Made by a program: the position numbers and the translations under genes. Shown one piece after another: positions 1-8,006 of a DNA stretch of 21,571 bases. The first letter of the stretch is position 1; every line of letters begins with the position of its first letter. The notes below the pieces were generated by a model. That model saw only the letters and a program-made list of their open reading frames with translations, did not search any database and was not told the origin of the DNA. The DNA is from a virus (taxonomy: Duplodnaviria; Heunggongvirae; Uroviricota; Caudoviricetes), in IMG/VR virus record IMGVR_UViG_2541047543_000003; one strand, given 5' to 3'.

Positions 1-585
1 ATGAAAAAGACTCTTATCGCACTTGCTGCACTGACTATCTCTGGCGTTGCTTCTGCTGCTTCTGTTGATAACGTTGCTGTTGGTTTCACCGATGTAGAAG
101 ATTTCCAGGGTATCACTGTAGGTGTTGAGAAAAGCATCACTGAAAGCGTTTACGTTGGCGCTAATTTGCAAGCTCTAGAGCATGTAGATCACGCAGATGT
201 AACAGCTCAAGATTACAGTGCTAAAGTTGGTGCTCTTCACGCTCTGAGCGCAACTCACAACCTATACGGTGAAGTTGGCGTTGGTCACGTAGTGCTTGAA
301 GATGCTGACAGCAAAGTGTCTGACGACTACGCAAGCCTAGAAGTGGGTGTTAAAGGCGACCTTTCTCAGAAAGCTCCGATCCAATACTCTGCGTTCGTAG
401 GTAGCAAAGCTTACTCTGATCTAGACAACACTTACTACGTAGGTGCAGACATGGATTACGCTGTAACTGATACATTCGCTGTTGGCGTTGGCTACAAATT
501 CGAAGCTTACGATAGCAATGATCAATCTCTGTACGGTGAAGAAAACGAAAGCCAATTCTTCGTACAAACTAAATTCAAATTCTAA
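1..585 (+). CDS. Outer membrane beta-barrel protein (small OMP/porin-like)
   Basis: Sec signal peptide MKKTLIALAALTISGVASA, alternating hydrophobic beta-strands with aromatic residues, C-terminal BAM-type strand ending FVQTKFKF. Codon usage (GGT, GCT, AAC, TTC) suggests high expression. Confidence 0.85.
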   Translation: MKKTLIALAALTISGVASAASVDNVAVGFTDVEDFQGITVGVEKSITESVYVGANLQALEHVDHADVTAQDYSAKVGALHALSATHNLYGEVGVGHVVLEDADSKVSDDYASLEVGVKGDLSQKAPIQYSAFVGSKAYSDLDNTYYVGADMDYAVTDTFAVGVGYKFEAYDSNDQSLYGEENESQFFVQTKFKF

Positions 586-596
586 TTTGAGTTCAT

Positions 597-625
597 AAAA
601 AACGAGGCTATCGCCTCGTTTTTTT
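597..625 (+). terminator. Intrinsic terminator after OMP gene
   Basis: AAAAAACGAGGC-TATC-GCCTCGTTTTTTT perfect stem plus T tract. Confidence 0.9.
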
Positions 626-649
626 ATGTCTATTAAAAATAACGAAGTT

Positions 650-679
650 TACTTTTTAGGGTTGTACTTTTTAGGGTTG
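650..679. repeat. Perfect 15-bp tandem duplication TACTTTTTAGGGTTG x2
   Basis: Copies at 650-664 and 665-679, ending 5 bp before the ATG at 685. Confidence 0.95.
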
Positions 680-684
680 AATCG

Positions 685-993
685 ATGGCTAAACATAAAA
701 AATACGACATGTTATTGGCAAAAGCCGACAATATGGATTTGGTGATTTTACTCAAATACCAATCAAACTACACTTGGGGTAAGTCTCCAAACGCCTACCC
801 GCCAAATAATGACTATACTATTGGATTCCTTTGTCTTCCTAAACACGAAGAAGCCTGTCTTGGTGCTTTAAATGGTTCTAAAATCCAAATTAGAGAGGGT
901 GAAGGAGATTGGGTTGAGGTAGAGCTAGACAGTAAATGGAAAAAGACTGAATGGTATATGTCAGAACACTTTGACTCAAGAATTGCAAATTAG
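685..993 (+). CDS. Hypothetical protein resembling small vibriophage-type proteins
   Basis: 102-aa ORF between two terminators. The N-terminus KHKKYDMLLAKADNMDLV and CLPKHEEAC resemble Vibrio phage hypotheticals as recalled from memory (unverified). Confidence 0.7.
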   Translation: MAKHKKYDMLLAKADNMDLVILLKYQSNYTWGKSPNAYPPNNDYTIGFLCLPKHEEACLGALNGSKIQIREGEGDWVEVELDSKWKKTEWYMSEHFDSRIAN

Positions 994-1003
994 ATTAACA
1001 AAT

Positions 1004-1036
1004 AAAAAAGGGATGATTTAACAAACCATCCCTTTT
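1004..1036. terminator. Bidirectional terminator between ORF 685-993 and radA
   Basis: AAAAGGGATG...CATCCCTTTT stem flanked by A and T tracts between convergent genes. Confidence 0.8.
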
Positions 1037-1044
1037 CTCATTTT

Positions 1045-2451
1045 TTAGCTAACAGAGATTCTTTTCAGTACGGCTATAGCTTCAGAGACCGTTTTTACAG
1101 GAATAATTTCCATATCTGTTTTTAGCCCTTTCATATTTGAAGCTGGAATTATTGCCCTATGAAAGTCATGCTTACGACACTCTTTAAGTCTCTCTCCACC
1201 ACTCGGAACTGGTCTAATTTCACCACCAAGCCCCACCTCCCCCATAACGATAACGTCTTGCGGAATGACTATGTTTTCAATTGCTGAACAGATCGCTAAG
1301 ACTACAGCCAAATCTGAAGCTGTTTCGCCTATCTTAATACCACCGACTACGTTAAGGAATGTATCTTTATCATAGGTAACTACTTTGCAGCGACTGTGTA
1401 GTACAGCCATTAGCATTGAGTTTCTATTTGAATCCAAACCCACAGACACTCTCTTTGTATATTGCGGATTTCCTTTTGCGACCAAAGCTTGGATCTCCAG
1501 CAACATAATACCATTTCCCTCTTTGTAAGGGATGACCACCGTACCAGGTGTAGGCAGATCGGGTCTTTGAAGGAAAATTGCGCTCGGGTTTTTAACGTCT
1601 TTCATTCCCGACTCTGTCATGATGAAAACGCTCATTTCATTAGCTGTGCCAAAACGGTTTTTTGCAGATTTAATTGTTCTATATCTATCGCTGGTGGTCG
1701 TGTCTAAATGAATGGTGCAGTCAACTGTATGCTCAAGAACTTTTGGACCCGCTAATGTTCCATCTTTTGTCACATGACCGATAACCAGTACAGAAACATC
1801 ATTTGTTTTCGCATACTGAGTTAGGATATGCCCACAATCTTTTACCTGTGAGGTTGAGCCTGGCGATGAATTATTTGTTTCAGAGTACATCGTTTGAATT
1901 GAGTCAACAATGATGACTTTAGCATCTATTGAAGAAGCGTTTTCGATAATCCTTTCAACACACGTTTCAGATTTTAACTTTACCTTATCGCCATTCTTTA
2001 CATGTAATCTAGTTGCTCTCGAAGAAATCTGATCTACCGATTCCTCACCAGAAAAGTAAACTGAGGGTACTTGAGACGCAAGGTAATCTATTGCCTGCAA
2101 AAGAATTGTTGATTTACCTGCGCCAGGGCTACCTGATAACAAAACAACACTGCCTTTTACTAAACCGCCACCTAGAACCCTGTTCAGACCCGCTATGCCT
2201 GTATCGTATCTAGATAACGAGGCTTCTTTACCTTGCAACTCACTAAGGCTGACCATCCCTTCACTGATTTGACCAGCGTATCCTTTATGTTTCGCGTTAA
2301 TAGCGGTGTTTCTTATCTTCTCATTAACGTTATTGCTTACCTTCGATTCCGCAAAGGTGTTCCACGCTCCGCAGCCTCTGCACTGACCAACCCATCTAGG
2401 ACTGTCATAACCACAATCGGAACAAATATACACTGTTTTCGTCTTACTCAT
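1045..2451 (-). CDS. radA: DNA repair protein RadA/Sms
   Basis: N-terminal C4 zinc finger (CSDCG...CRGCG), Walker A GSPGAGKS, Walker B IIVDSIQT, GHVTKDGTLAGPKVLEH, diagnostic KNRFG motif, C-terminal Lon-like domain (GEVGLGGEIRPV). Confidence 0.97.
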   Translation of the reverse strand: MSKTKTVYICSDCGYDSPRWVGQCRGCGAWNTFAESKVSNNVNEKIRNTAINAKHKGYAGQISEGMVSLSELQGKEASLSRYDTGIAGLNRVLGGGLVKGSVVLLSGSPGAGKSTILLQAIDYLASQVPSVYFSGEESVDQISSRATRLHVKNGDKVKLKSETCVERIIENASSIDAKVIIVDSIQTMYSETNNSSPGSTSQVKDCGHILTQYAKTNDVSVLVIGHVTKDGTLAGPKVLEHTVDCTIHLDTTTSDRYRTIKSAKNRFGTANEMSVFIMTESGMKDVKNPSAIFLQRPDLPTPGTVVIPYKEGNGIMLLEIQALVAKGNPQYTKRVSVGLDSNRNSMLMAVLHSRCKVVTYDKDTFLNVVGGIKIGETASDLAVVLAICSAIENIVIPQDVIVMGEVGLGGEIRPVPSGGERLKECRKHDFHRAIIPASNMKGLKTDMEIIPVKTVSEAIAVLKRISVS

Positions 2452-2484
2452 AATTCTTGCTTTGATTTTGAAACAATTACCTAT

Positions 2485-2512
2485 ATTATAACTCAGACTT
2501 TTATTAAGACAA
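2485..2512 (-). promoter_or_regulatory. Putative sigma70 promoter for radA
   Basis: TTGTCT (2512-2507), 16-bp spacer, TATAAT (2490-2485) on the minus strand. Confidence 0.5.
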
Positions 2513-2556
2513 ATAAATAGTCAAACTAAATCAATTAATAAAGCTAAAGGTATAAA

Positions 2557-3738
2557 ATGATAAACATCCTAGAAAGAGGCATGAACTTTGCCATCTCAAG
2601 CACTAGTGTTACAGTCGAAATCACATCTCGTGATAACGGGCTAAAATTGATGGCTGTTGTAACAGATAGCAATCAGAACTCAAAAATCTCAGCGCTACAG
2701 ATCCCTACAAATGAATGTGTATTTGAAACTGATAAAAAGTGCAAAATCTCACTACCATCTTGCGGTGCCGCATTCGAGAAAATTGAGTTTTACGCATTTA
2801 ACGATGATGCGCAGTCTGTTGATGCTACCTTAATCATTACTCAAGAAAATGGTGCTCGACACGCCATTCAAACCAATTTTGTCAACGCTAGCGCCTGTAT
2901 GTTTGGCAGAATCTACAACCATAACGGCACATGGAAAGCTAAAAACCTTGCAGACATGGTAAGTGGCAATATTGATACAATTCTAACCATGTATAAAGGC
3001 CACAACCTTGCTGAAGAATTGCTTAAAATGAAATCCCACGGTGGACTAAACAGTAACGGCAATAGTCAGATCAGCATGGCATCGAGTCAGCCTGTAGCTC
3101 AGAACCAGAGTGGTCATTTTAATATGGCTCCTACTCCATCACCGCAAAACGGGCAGGTTGAACGAATTAATCCTGGTGCAAACTTACCAGCTACAACAAG
3201 ACCATCATTTGGTCGAAATCGTTCAAATTCTGGCTTTTCTAGCCGTATTGAGCAAGGTCAAGAGGCAGCTACTCAAACCCTCGGAAATGTACTTAACCAG
3301 GGTCGCTCATTGTTCTCTCGTTTCGCCAATTTTTCAAAAGGTAAAGCTCAAGAAGCTACAGATGAAATCAATAAACTTAGAAGCAAAAAGCTACTTGAGG
3401 GTGTCATCGCTTCCTGTGCGTATATGGCGTTTGCAGACGGTCACGTTGATGCGGTAGAAAAGCAGAAAACACTTGAATTGATGTCAAACCATCAATACCT
3501 AAAGCTATTTGACCAAAAAGATGTCATTGAATGCTTCGACTCTTACATTAAGTGCTTTGAAAATGACTTTGATGAGGGTGAGATCTACGTATTCGAAAGC
3601 CTAAATCCATTGAAAGGTTCTACAGAAGAAAGCAGCTTAATTCTTGCTGTTGCTCTGGATATCGCGAATGCAGACGGAATCTTTTCACCTGAAGAAGAAA
3701 GAACATTGAAGCGTATCCGTCTAATCCTTGACGCTTAA
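2557..3738 (+). CDS. terB: TerB-family protein fused to a degenerate N-terminal TerD-like domain through a low-complexity linker
   Basis: C-terminal TerB motifs AYMAFADGHVDAVEK and DIANADGIFSPEEERTL. The N-terminal domain ends in FGRIYNHNGTWKAKNL (compare TerD FGELYRHNGEWKFRA). Q/N/S/P-rich linker between them. Confidence 0.8.
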   Translation: MINILERGMNFAISSTSVTVEITSRDNGLKLMAVVTDSNQNSKISALQIPTNECVFETDKKCKISLPSCGAAFEKIEFYAFNDDAQSVDATLIITQENGARHAIQTNFVNASACMFGRIYNHNGTWKAKNLADMVSGNIDTILTMYKGHNLAEELLKMKSHGGLNSNGNSQISMASSQPVAQNQSGHFNMAPTPSPQNGQVERINPGANLPATTRPSFGRNRSNSGFSSRIEQGQEAATQTLGNVLNQGRSLFSRFANFSKGKAQEATDEINKLRSKKLLEGVIASCAYMAFADGHVDAVEKQKTLELMSNHQYLKLFDQKDVIECFDSYIKCFENDFDEGEIYVFESLNPLKGSTEESSLILAVALDIANADGIFSPEEERTLKRIRLILDA

Positions 3739-3752
3739 ATAAATTTTAAAAT

Positions 3753-3777
3753 AAAAAGCCCATAATGGGCTTTTTTT
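3753..3777 (+). terminator. Intrinsic terminator after terB fusion
   Basis: AAAAAGCCCAT-A-ATGGGCTTTTTTT. Confidence 0.85.
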
Positions 3778-3864
3778 AATTGTTTAATTAATCTCTATTT
3801 TTAGATATTTTAGAAAAAATATCCTGTTAAAGTAAAAAAATCAGATATTTATGCCTTTTTGGTG

Positions 3865-3894
3865 TTGACAAGTTTTTATCAATCAATATAAACT
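3865..3894 (+). promoter_or_regulatory. Sigma70 promoter for the terD operon
   Basis: Perfect TTGACA at 3865-3870; TATAAA at 3887-3892 (16-bp spacer) or TAAACT at 3889-3894 (18-bp spacer); AT-rich UP-like region upstream. Confidence 0.7.
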
Positions 3895-3972
3895 CAATCT
3901 CAAATGAGGCAGTGAAACTCCTCTTAAATATCAATAAAGTTTGTAATCAATCAACAAATAAAAGGTAAAATT

Positions 3973-4560
3973 ATGCAAGTTATTAACATGTCAAAAGGTC
4001 AACGCATCGATCTAAGCAAGTCAGACAACACTCCACTGAAAAAAATTCATGTGGGTCTTAACTGGAAAGAGCGTGTATCTGAAGGCGAAAAATTTGATGC
4101 AGACCTATTGGTTATGCTGAGCGGCGCAAATGGTGAAAACCTTGGTGTAGAAAACTTTGTATTCTACCGCAACCAAGCAAGTGCATGTGGCGCTGTTAAG
4201 ATCAGTGAAGATAACCGTGACGGTGTAGACCGTGAAGGTGAAGATGATGAATGGGCAACAGTAGACTTAGAAGCGCTGAACCCTGCTGTAGAGCGCATCA
4301 GCTTTGCTGTTAACATTTTCGAAGCTGAAGATCGTAACCAAAACTTCGGCATTATTGAAGACTGTGGTATCCGTATCGATGACCAAGAAAGCGGCGAAAC
4401 ACAATCTTCATACGATCTTACTGAAGATTACTGCCAATACACTGCTGTACTAGTTGCTGAAATGTACAAAAAAGACGGTAAATGGAAGTTTGTAGCTAAG
4501 GGCGAAGGTCTAAAAGGCGGTCTAAACGAATTCCTAAACCGTTTCGGCTTCACGGCATAA
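3973..4560 (+). CDS. terD: TerD-family stress response protein
   Basis: INMSKGQRIDLSK, VGLNW, FDADL, FVFYRN, DNRDG...EGEDDE, QNFG, EMYKKDGKWKF..GEG; RBS AAGGT. Confidence 0.93.
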   Translation: MQVINMSKGQRIDLSKSDNTPLKKIHVGLNWKERVSEGEKFDADLLVMLSGANGENLGVENFVFYRNQASACGAVKISEDNRDGVDREGEDDEWATVDLEALNPAVERISFAVNIFEAEDRNQNFGIIEDCGIRIDDQESGETQSSYDLTEDYCQYTAVLVAEMYKKDGKWKFVAKGEGLKGGLNEFLNRFGFTA

Positions 4561-4574
4561 CAACATTGCTCTAT

Positions 4575-4593
4575 GGGATGGCTAAGCCATCCC
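4575..4593 (+). other. Intercistronic GC-rich hairpin (mRNA stabiliser or partial terminator)
   Basis: GGGATGGC-TAA-GCCATCCC, followed by only TT. Confidence 0.65.
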
Positions 4594-4642
4594 TTAAAAA
4601 TTAATTAATTAATCAATAAATAATTTATTAAGAGAAATAAAA

Positions 4643-5245
4643 ATGAATGCTCCAGTAATTAACTTAAGAAAAGCGCAGACCATTGATTTGCGTAAATCAA
4701 ATGGTCAGGCAATGACTAACCCTTTCATTGCTATCGGTTGGAACGAAAGCCAAGCCCACCAAGATCAAGAATTTGACCTTGATGTATTGGCGATGATGCA
4801 AGATGCTTCTGGCAACGCAATTAGCCCAGATCACTTCATTTTCTATAACACTCCTGGCCGTATCAGCCAATGTCGTGGTATTGAAATTAGTCCAGACAAC
4901 CGTACTGGCGCTGGTGAAGGTGATGATGAGTGGCTAAAAATTGATTTTAACAAGATTGATCCTCGTTGTGAGAAGATCACTCTTGGTGTCAGCATTAATG
5001 ATGCTGAGATCAACGGTCAAAACTTCGGCATGATTGATAATGCATTTATGCGCATTCTTGAAAATGAAGGTGGTCGCGAACATGCGGTATACGACCTTAC
5101 TGAAAACTACCCTCAATACACTGGTATGATTTTCGGCATCTTCGAAAAGCGCAATAACGAATGGTTCTTTACTACAATCGGTGAAGGTCTTCGCAATGGC
5201 ATTGTTGAGTTCGTAGAGCGATTCAATTTCCAAGGTCAAAAATAA
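4643..5245 (+). CDS. terD: TerD/TerE-family stress response protein
   Basis: INLRKAQTIDL, IGWN, FDLDV, FIFYN, canonical DNRTGAGEGDDE metal-binding loop, GQNFG, KRNNEWFF..GEG. Confidence 0.93.
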   Translation: MNAPVINLRKAQTIDLRKSNGQAMTNPFIAIGWNESQAHQDQEFDLDVLAMMQDASGNAISPDHFIFYNTPGRISQCRGIEISPDNRTGAGEGDDEWLKIDFNKIDPRCEKITLGVSINDAEINGQNFGMIDNAFMRILENEGGREHAVYDLTENYPQYTGMIFGIFEKRNNEWFFTTIGEGLRNGIVEFVERFNFQGQK

Positions 5246-5273
5246 GTCGTTAGACTTAAATCTAAAAAATAAA

Positions 5274-5299
5274 AAGCAAGGGTGTTAGCACCCTTGCTT
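5274..5299 (+). terminator. Hairpin/weak terminator after second terD
   Basis: AAGCAAGGGTG-TTAG-CACCCTTGCTT, 11-bp stem, poor U tract on the + strand. Confidence 0.6.
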
Positions 5300-5378
5300 A
5301 ATTAAGTTAGCAAGTAAAATTGTTGATTTAACAAAAATCTAAATAAACTAAATCAAAAACAAAATTAATGAGCATTAA

Positions 5379-6509
5379 ATGAAAGTTGTAATAGATTCAG
5401 GAAAAATTGGGATTACCCCATCGTACATTCATGAAGACTTTAATGGTATTGAAGACTTAATTGGATTTGCAAACCGTAAAAATGAAAATCGTGGTTTTTT
5501 GTTTGTAAGCAAAGTTTTGGGTAAGCACATCCCTGTAACACCTACAGAAATGAACAAGGTTTACTCCGTATTCTCTAAAGAGCTATCTTCAGAATCAAAA
5601 GCATTTGTTGTGGGCTTAGCGGAAACAGCCACTGGTCTTGGCGCTGGTGTTGCAAGCAGTTTAGAAAATAAACAGGTTTATTTTCAGCATACAACTCGTT
5701 CTCTTCTTCCACATGCTGAAAGATGGTTTGAGATTTCTGAAAGTCATTCTCACGCGGTTTCTCACATTATTTATAAGCCTAGTCAGGAAATGTTAGATAA
5801 CTTAATTGATGTTGAGAACCTTATCTTGGTTGATGATGAAATCACAACAGGTAACACTCTTAAACAACTTGCTAAAGAGTACCTGAAGGTTCTTCCAAAT
5901 ATCAAAAAGATTAACATCGTTTCTCTTTTAAGCTGGCTTGATGATGTCAAGTTCTCCGAATTCAAGCGAGATGTTACCGAGTTTTGTGAAGAAGAAGGTT
6001 TGGTAGCTCCTGAGCTTACACAGAGCTTCCTATTTAACGGCAGCTTTGAATTTGAACCAAAACCTGACTACAAACAGGAACTGCCTAAATCGGCGCATAA
6101 AGGCGCTTCTGTACTCGATTGCTCTTGGAACATGGGACGCCTACCCGTACAAATGAAGCATGTAGTAACAACTGACTATGTGACCAAGATTGAGAAGATT
6201 GTTGCATCAGAAGGTTCTGAAAAAGAGATTTCAATAATCGGTACTGGTGAAAACATGTATTTACCATACCTAATTGCATCACAGCTAGAAATTTCTGGTT
6301 ACAATGTCACTGTACAGTCCACCACTCGATCACCAGTTGTTGTAGATGGCAAGGTGATTACAAGCTGTCACGAAATTCCAATGTTTGATAATGGACTGGT
6401 AGAGCACTACATCTACAATTTGAATCCAAACAAGCTGAATGTCGTAATTACAGAAACTGGCTCAAAGTCAGAAAAGGAAGCATATGCTCATCTAGGCTAT
6501 GTGCTTTAA
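5379..6509 (+). CDS. Ter-associated phosphoribosyltransferase with C-terminal TRSP domain
   Basis: RKNENRGFLFVSKVLGKH, GLAETATGLG, ESHSHA, PRPP-binding loop LILVDDEITTGNT, QSTTRSP motif. Confidence 0.9.
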   Translation: MKVVIDSGKIGITPSYIHEDFNGIEDLIGFANRKNENRGFLFVSKVLGKHIPVTPTEMNKVYSVFSKELSSESKAFVVGLAETATGLGAGVASSLENKQVYFQHTTRSLLPHAERWFEISESHSHAVSHIIYKPSQEMLDNLIDVENLILVDDEITTGNTLKQLAKEYLKVLPNIKKINIVSLLSWLDDVKFSEFKRDVTEFCEEEGLVAPELTQSFLFNGSFEFEPKPDYKQELPKSAHKGASVLDCSWNMGRLPVQMKHVVTTDYVTKIEKIVASEGSEKEISIIGTGENMYLPYLIASQLEISGYNVTVQSTTRSPVVVDGKVITSCHEIPMFDNGLVEHYIYNLNPNKLNVVITETGSKSEKEAYAHLGYVL

Positions 6510-6566
6510 ATTAAACTAATAAATAAATTATTAAATTTAGAATAAAAGATTAAATTTGGAAATATC

Positions 6567-6872
6567 ATGAGTTTAGAACAGTGGAAGTCCAGTGAGTATG
6601 CTTCGAAAGTAAACGTAAATTCTCAGTTTGGACGCGTAATTTCTGTGATGGTTAATAATGCTGGCTGGCATACTCTTCGTGAAATCGAAGACATGATCCA
6701 TGCAAAATTTCCTGATAGAGACACTCAAGCAGCAATTTCAGCAAGACTAAGGGAACTTAACCCTTTAAAGCATGGACTTGAAAAAGAAAAATGCATGGAA
6801 GTTGTCAACAAAAAGCAAGTTTGGCGATACCGATTAGTTCCAGCTAAAAAATGTGAATTACAAGAAAGCTAA
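6567..6872 (+). CDS. Small winged-helix DNA-binding-like protein
   Basis: WHTLREIE...DTQAAISARLREL...WRYRL pattern typical of a phage-associated wHTH family (recognised from memory). Confidence 0.65.
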   Translation: MSLEQWKSSEYASKVNVNSQFGRVISVMVNNAGWHTLREIEDMIHAKFPDRDTQAAISARLRELNPLKHGLEKEKCMEVVNKKQVWRYRLVPAKKCELQES

Positions 6873-6902
6873 ACAAAAACTGACGCAATCTAAGGAATAA
6901 CG

Positions 6903-8000
6903 ATGAACACTTTAAAACCAATCTTAGGCAGCTATGCGAAAGAAGATTGCCAATTTCTAATGCAAGCAATTGAAACCGAGTTTGTTTCAGTTGAAGAAAA
7001 AGAAAAAAGGATTCAATCTGGAGAAGCTCACTATTCTGAAATGATTAACAAAGAAAATGCTCCATCTAAAGAGTACATGGCTTTGTTTAATCAGATGCTT
7101 GGTAAATACGAAGTTCGACTTGCAAAAGAAATCATGTCATTGGCGAGCAAAATGATTATTGCTAGACCTGATTATGGAATGGAGAACAAACCAATTGTTG
7201 TTGTTTCTCTTGCGCGAGCTGGCACTCCAATTGGCGTTTTAGTGAAGCGAGCAATTGAGTTTTTTGGTCTTAAAGCAGTTCACTACTCTGTTTCAATCAT
7301 TCGAGACAAAGGCATCGATACCAAAGCGCTTGATTACTTAACAGATAAGTATGACGCTGAATCTATTTCCTTTGTTGATGGCTGGACAGCTAAAGGTGTG
7401 ATTACTAAAGAGCTGGAAACATCTGTTGATTTATACAATTCAGCAAATGATACCAAGATATCTGACGACCTGTTTGTTATTAGCGATATTGGTGGTTCAG
7501 CGACATATTGCGCGACAATGGATGATTACGCAATTCCTTCGTCCATTCTAAACTCAACAATCTCAGGTTTGATTTCAAGAACAATTTGTTCAGATAAAAC
7601 TGAGGGCGGTTTCCACGGTTGCGTTAAGTACAAGCATCTTGAAGAACACGACATTAGCAACTGGTTCGTAGATAAGATTGCACAAAACTTCGATTATGAG
7701 TTTGCAAATGGTAACGCTACATACCTATGCCCTACTATCCGAAAAGAGAAAACCAAACAGTTTGTTGAAACTCTAATGGCAGAGCAAGGCATTGATCACA
7801 TCAATATGATTAAGCCTGGTATCGCAGAAGCAACCCGAATATTACTACGCCGCGTACCTGACTTTATTATGCTTAAAAACGTCAAAAGTGATGACGTAAG
7901 TCACTTAATCCAAATGGCTAAAAAAGCGAAAGTTCAAATTATCGAAAATGATGCAATGCCATTCCAAGCTTGCGCTGTTATCAAAAAAGTTACGGACTAA
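6903..8000 (+). CDS. Ter-associated StiP-like (PRTase-fold) protein with C-terminal PELOTA RNA-binding domain
   Basis: GSYAKEDCQFL, HYSEM, VSLARAGTPIG, HYSVSIIRDKGID, FVDGWTAKG, IKPGIAEATRILLRRVP; RBS AAGGA. Confidence 0.9.
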   Translation: MNTLKPILGSYAKEDCQFLMQAIETEFVSVEEKEKRIQSGEAHYSEMINKENAPSKEYMALFNQMLGKYEVRLAKEIMSLASKMIIARPDYGMENKPIVVVSLARAGTPIGVLVKRAIEFFGLKAVHYSVSIIRDKGIDTKALDYLTDKYDAESISFVDGWTAKGVITKELETSVDLYNSANDTKISDDLFVISDIGGSATYCATMDDYAIPSSILNSTISGLISRTICSDKTEGGFHGCVKYKHLEEHDISNWFVDKIAQNFDYEFANGNATYLCPTIRKEKTKQFVETLMAEQGIDHINMIKPGIAEATRILLRRVPDFIMLKNVKSDDVSHLIQMAKKAKVQIIENDAMPFQACAVIKKVTD

Positions 8001-8006
8001 ATTAAA

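Noticed and set aside
650-679. TTAGGG telomere-like repeat
   Set aside because: Only two copies embedded in a 15-bp unit, in a bacterial context
1462-2520. Plus-strand ORFs 1462-1707, 2013-2213 and 2233-2520
   Set aside because: Antisense shadows of radA with no motifs
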